Positions 50,415 through 53,385 of a stretch of DNA of 53,385 bases are shown one piece after another. Where the stretch lies: contig NW_024705339.1 in NCBI RefSeq assembly GCF_018977255.1, forward strand, positions 1-53,385, read 5' to 3'. Position 1 is the first letter of the stretch. Every line of letters begins with the position of its first letter. The translations under genes were made by a program, and so were the position numbers. Under the pieces are notes generated by a model. It was given only the letters and a program-made list of their open reading frames with translations, was not told where the DNA came from and searched no databases. Source of the DNA: Callorhinchus milii. Its lineage: Eukaryota.

Positions 50415-50554
50415 CTGGGGGCAGACACACATACACTTGTAAACACACGTGTACAGACATCTATGTAGCCGATACTGCCTTCAAGGGCCAGCGTTGAAGA
50501 CCGGCACACTACACAGTGCCACTACCCCTCCGGCGACAGCTCCTCTACACACCG

Positions 50555-52138
50555 TCACTACCCCCTGGGGGCTACAGCTCCCCCACACATTGCCACTACC
50601 CCCTGGGGCTACAGCTCCCCCACACATTGCCACTACCCCCTGGGCTACAGCTCCCCCACACATTGCCACTACCCCCTGGGGCTACAGCCCCCCCACACAT
50701 TGCCACTACCCCTGGGGCTACAGCCCCCCACACATTGCCACTACCCCTGGGGCTACAGCTCCCCCACACATTGCCACTACCCCCTGGGGCTACAGCTCCC
50801 CCACACATTGCCACTACACCCTGGGGGCTACAGCCCCCCACACATTGCCACTACCCCCTGGGGGCTACAGCTCCCCCACACATTGCCACTACCCCTGGGG
50901 CTACAGCTCCCCCACACATTGCCACTACCCCCTGGGCTACAGCCCCCCACACATTGCCACTACCCCCTGGGGGCTACAGCTCCCCCACACATTGCCACTA
51001 CCCCCTGGGGGCTACAGCTCCCCCACACATTGCCACTACACCCTGGGGGCTACAGCCCCCCCACACATTGCCACTACCCCCTGGGGGCTACAGCTCCCCC
51101 ACACATTGCCACTACCCCCTGGGGCTACAGCTCCCCCACACATTGCCACTACCCCCTGGGCTACAGCCCCCCACACATTGCCACTACCCCCTGGGGCTAC
51201 AGCTCCCCCACACATTGCCACTACCCCCTGGGGGCTACAGCTCCCCCACACATTGCCACTACACCCTGGGGGCTACAGCCCCCCACACATTGCCACTACC
51301 CCCTGGGGGCTACAGCTCCCCCACACATTGCCACTACCCCCTGGGGCTACAGCTCCCCCACACATTGCCACTACCCCCTGGGGGCTACAGCCCCCCACAC
51401 ATTGCCACTACCCCTGGGGGCTACAGCTCCCCCACACATTGCCACTACCCCTGGGGGCTACAGCTCCCCCACACATTGCCACTACACCCTGGGGGCTACA
51501 GCCCCCCACACATTGCCACTACCCCCTGGGGGCTACAGCTCCCCCACACATTGCCACTACCCCCTGGGGGCTACAGCTCCCCCACACATTGCCACTACCC
51601 CTGGGGCTACAGCCCCCCACACATTGCCACTACCCCTGGGGGCTACAGCTCCCCCACACATTGCCACTACCCCCTGGGGCTACAGCTCCCCCACACATTG
51701 CCACTACCCCTGGGGGCTACAGCCCCCCCACACATTGCCACTACCCCCTGGGCTACAGCTCCCCCACACATTGCCACTACCCCCTGGGGCTACAGCTCCC
51801 CCACACATTGCCACTACCCCCTGGGGGCTACAGCTCCCCCACACATTGCCACTACCCCTGGGGCTACAGCTCCCCCACACATTGCCACTACACCCTGGGG
51901 CTACAGCTCCCCACACATTGCCACTACCCCTGGGGGCTACAGCTCCCCCACACATTGCCACTACCCCTGGGCTACAGCTCCCCCACACATTGCCACTACC
52001 CCCTGGGCTACAGCTCCCCCACACATTGCCACTACCCCCTGGGGGCTACAGCTCCCCCACACATTGCCACTACCCCCTGGGGGCTACAGCTCCCCCACAC
52101 ATTGCCACTACCCCCTGGGGGCTACAGCTCCCCCACAC
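50555..52138. repeat. Minisatellite, ~37-40-bp unit CCCCCTGGGGGCTACAGCTCCCCCACACATTGCCACTA, about 40 copies
   Basis: Directly visible; accounts for the 567, 570 and 507 aa ORFs. Confidence 0.97.
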
Positions 52139-52282
52139 AGAATGCGTTGTAATATTTTCCCCGCTTTATCATCTGCGGCGCCACCACCTCCACTCCTCTG
52201 TCGCCCCTGCCCCCCTCGATTAGGTTAGCCCCCAAAGCTTGTGCAATGTCGGTTCACAGGGGTTGTTGTGGAGCGCCCTCAC

Positions 52283-52344
52283 CGGGGGCCCGTCGCGTCC
52301 CGGCGTCCCGGGCGGCCCTGGCGGCCGGAGTTCCCGGCCGGGCC
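52283..52344 (-). CDS. Collagen exon (approximately GPAGNSGPPGPPGTPGRDGPP; indels)
   Basis: atgcag acceptor, gtgagg donor; 62 bp, one short of 63. Confidence 0.75.
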
Positions 52345-52362
52345 CTGCATCGAGGTTGAGAA

Positions 52363-52482
52363 GGGTGGGGGGGGGGGGTAGTGGGGGGGGTAGTGGGGGG
52401 GGTAGTGGGGGGGTAGTGGGGGGTAGTGGGGGGGTAGTGGGGGGTAGTGGGGGGTAGTGGGGGGGGGTAGTGGGGGGTAGTG
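52363..52482 (+). repeat. (GTAGTGGGGGG)n G-rich tract
   Basis: About ten G runs separated by TAGT. Confidence 0.9.
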
Positions 52483-52824
52483 GAGAGTGGGTGAGGCGGC
52501 TCCAAGTCTGTCCAGCGTGCTCCGAAAAGTCCGAAAATTGCGCCCACGATGTGAATTAATTCTTCCAAGATCCCAAACAGCACCCCTGCCCCACACACTA
52601 TGTAAACAAGCTATGCACATCCGATTAGCACGGTTGGCTATCTACGGTACAAAAGTAAAAATTGCATGTGTACATACTGTAACGTCATGTCGATACACAT
52701 TCACACCCATGGGCCACACAGGCTGTGGGGGCAGGTGCTGTCAGTAGCAAGTAGCAACTATTCTAGCCGGCACGGCACACGAGGGGTTGGTGTGGCTGTC
52801 TGTGTCACCCTCGTGCTCCATGTA

Positions 52825-53147
52825 CAGTCTGTTCTATAATGCGTGTTTCATAACGCGAATTGGATATAACGCGATGAATGTATAAGGGAAAACATTTTTT
52901 ATAACATGGATGCGAATTGGATGTAACGCGATCGAGTGAACACAACTACAGGAACAGGCGGTTTTACGGCTGCCTCGGCTTCGCATCGCACAAGGGTTCG
53001 GATGCTGCTGGATGACTCTCGATGCCACCACGCACCTCGGTCTTTGTTCAGCCTGCGCACGTGTGTTGTCGCAGACTGTGCTTTACCCTATACCATTTAT
53101 TATAACGCGACTTTTCAACTACCACGTTTATAGGAGAAGAGACTCTA
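52825..53147 (+). mobile_element. Tigger/pogo-like MITE
   Basis: TA|CAGTCTGTTCTATAATGCG start with a degenerate inverted end near 53125-53147, internal TATAACGCG motifs and a related copy at 34440-34562. Confidence 0.5.
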
Positions 53148-53227
53148 CGTACGTTGAACTTCTTTCGCGCCGTACGTAGCCCACCGTGCTAGGCACCACT
53201 CACTCACTCACTCGCCGCTGATCTCGG

Positions 53228-53295
53228 CCGTGGCCGGAAATCGACCCTGGGACGTCAGGTATATTAGCGCAGTGCGCTAACCACTGTGCCACGTG
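53228..53295 (-). mobile_element. tRNA-derived SINE head
   Basis: Reverse complement GTGGCACAGTGGTTAGCGCACTGCGCTA...GGGTCGATTTCC. Confidence 0.55.
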
Positions 53296-53385
53296 GGTCG
53301 CACACACATCGTTGACGATGGTATCAAAACAGTTTCTCTGACGAGAGAGTGAGGCGATGAGAGTGAATATTGTCGGTCATGCTGT

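Noticed and set aside
50449..52228. 567, 570 and 507 aa Pro-rich ORFs
   Set aside because: Minisatellite translation, open in three frames and intronic to the minus-strand collagen exons.
53228..53295. tRNA gene candidate
   Set aside because: No clean cloverleaf; matches SINE heads elsewhere in the window.

Overview
Eukaryotic, repeat-rich, GC-rich genomic DNA; the repeat content suggests a non-mammalian vertebrate such as lamprey (inference only). There are three zones. (1) 1-8.4 kb: the 3' half of a minus-strand DBHS-family gene (NONO/SFPQ/PSPC1-like) with NOPS and coiled-coil exons and an unusual Gln/His-rich terminal exon, plus RTE LINE fragments, a tRNA-derived SINE and an E-box-dense intronic minisatellite. 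(2) After a 30-N gap, about 8.4-31.25 kb is featureless, random-looking sequence with no long ORFs, recognisable exons, transposons or microsatellites. It looks like shuffled or synthetic filler and I annotate no genes in it. (3) 31.25-53.4 kb: small Gly-X-Y collagen exons (type IV-like) that switch strand near 46.6 kb, a decayed Penelope-like retroelement (RT plus GIY-YIG), two TSD-flanked fold-back elements carrying minimal hammerhead ribozyme motifs on both strands, SINEs, a Tigger-like MITE and two large minisatellites. Most long ORFs in the supplied track are translations of tandem repeats.
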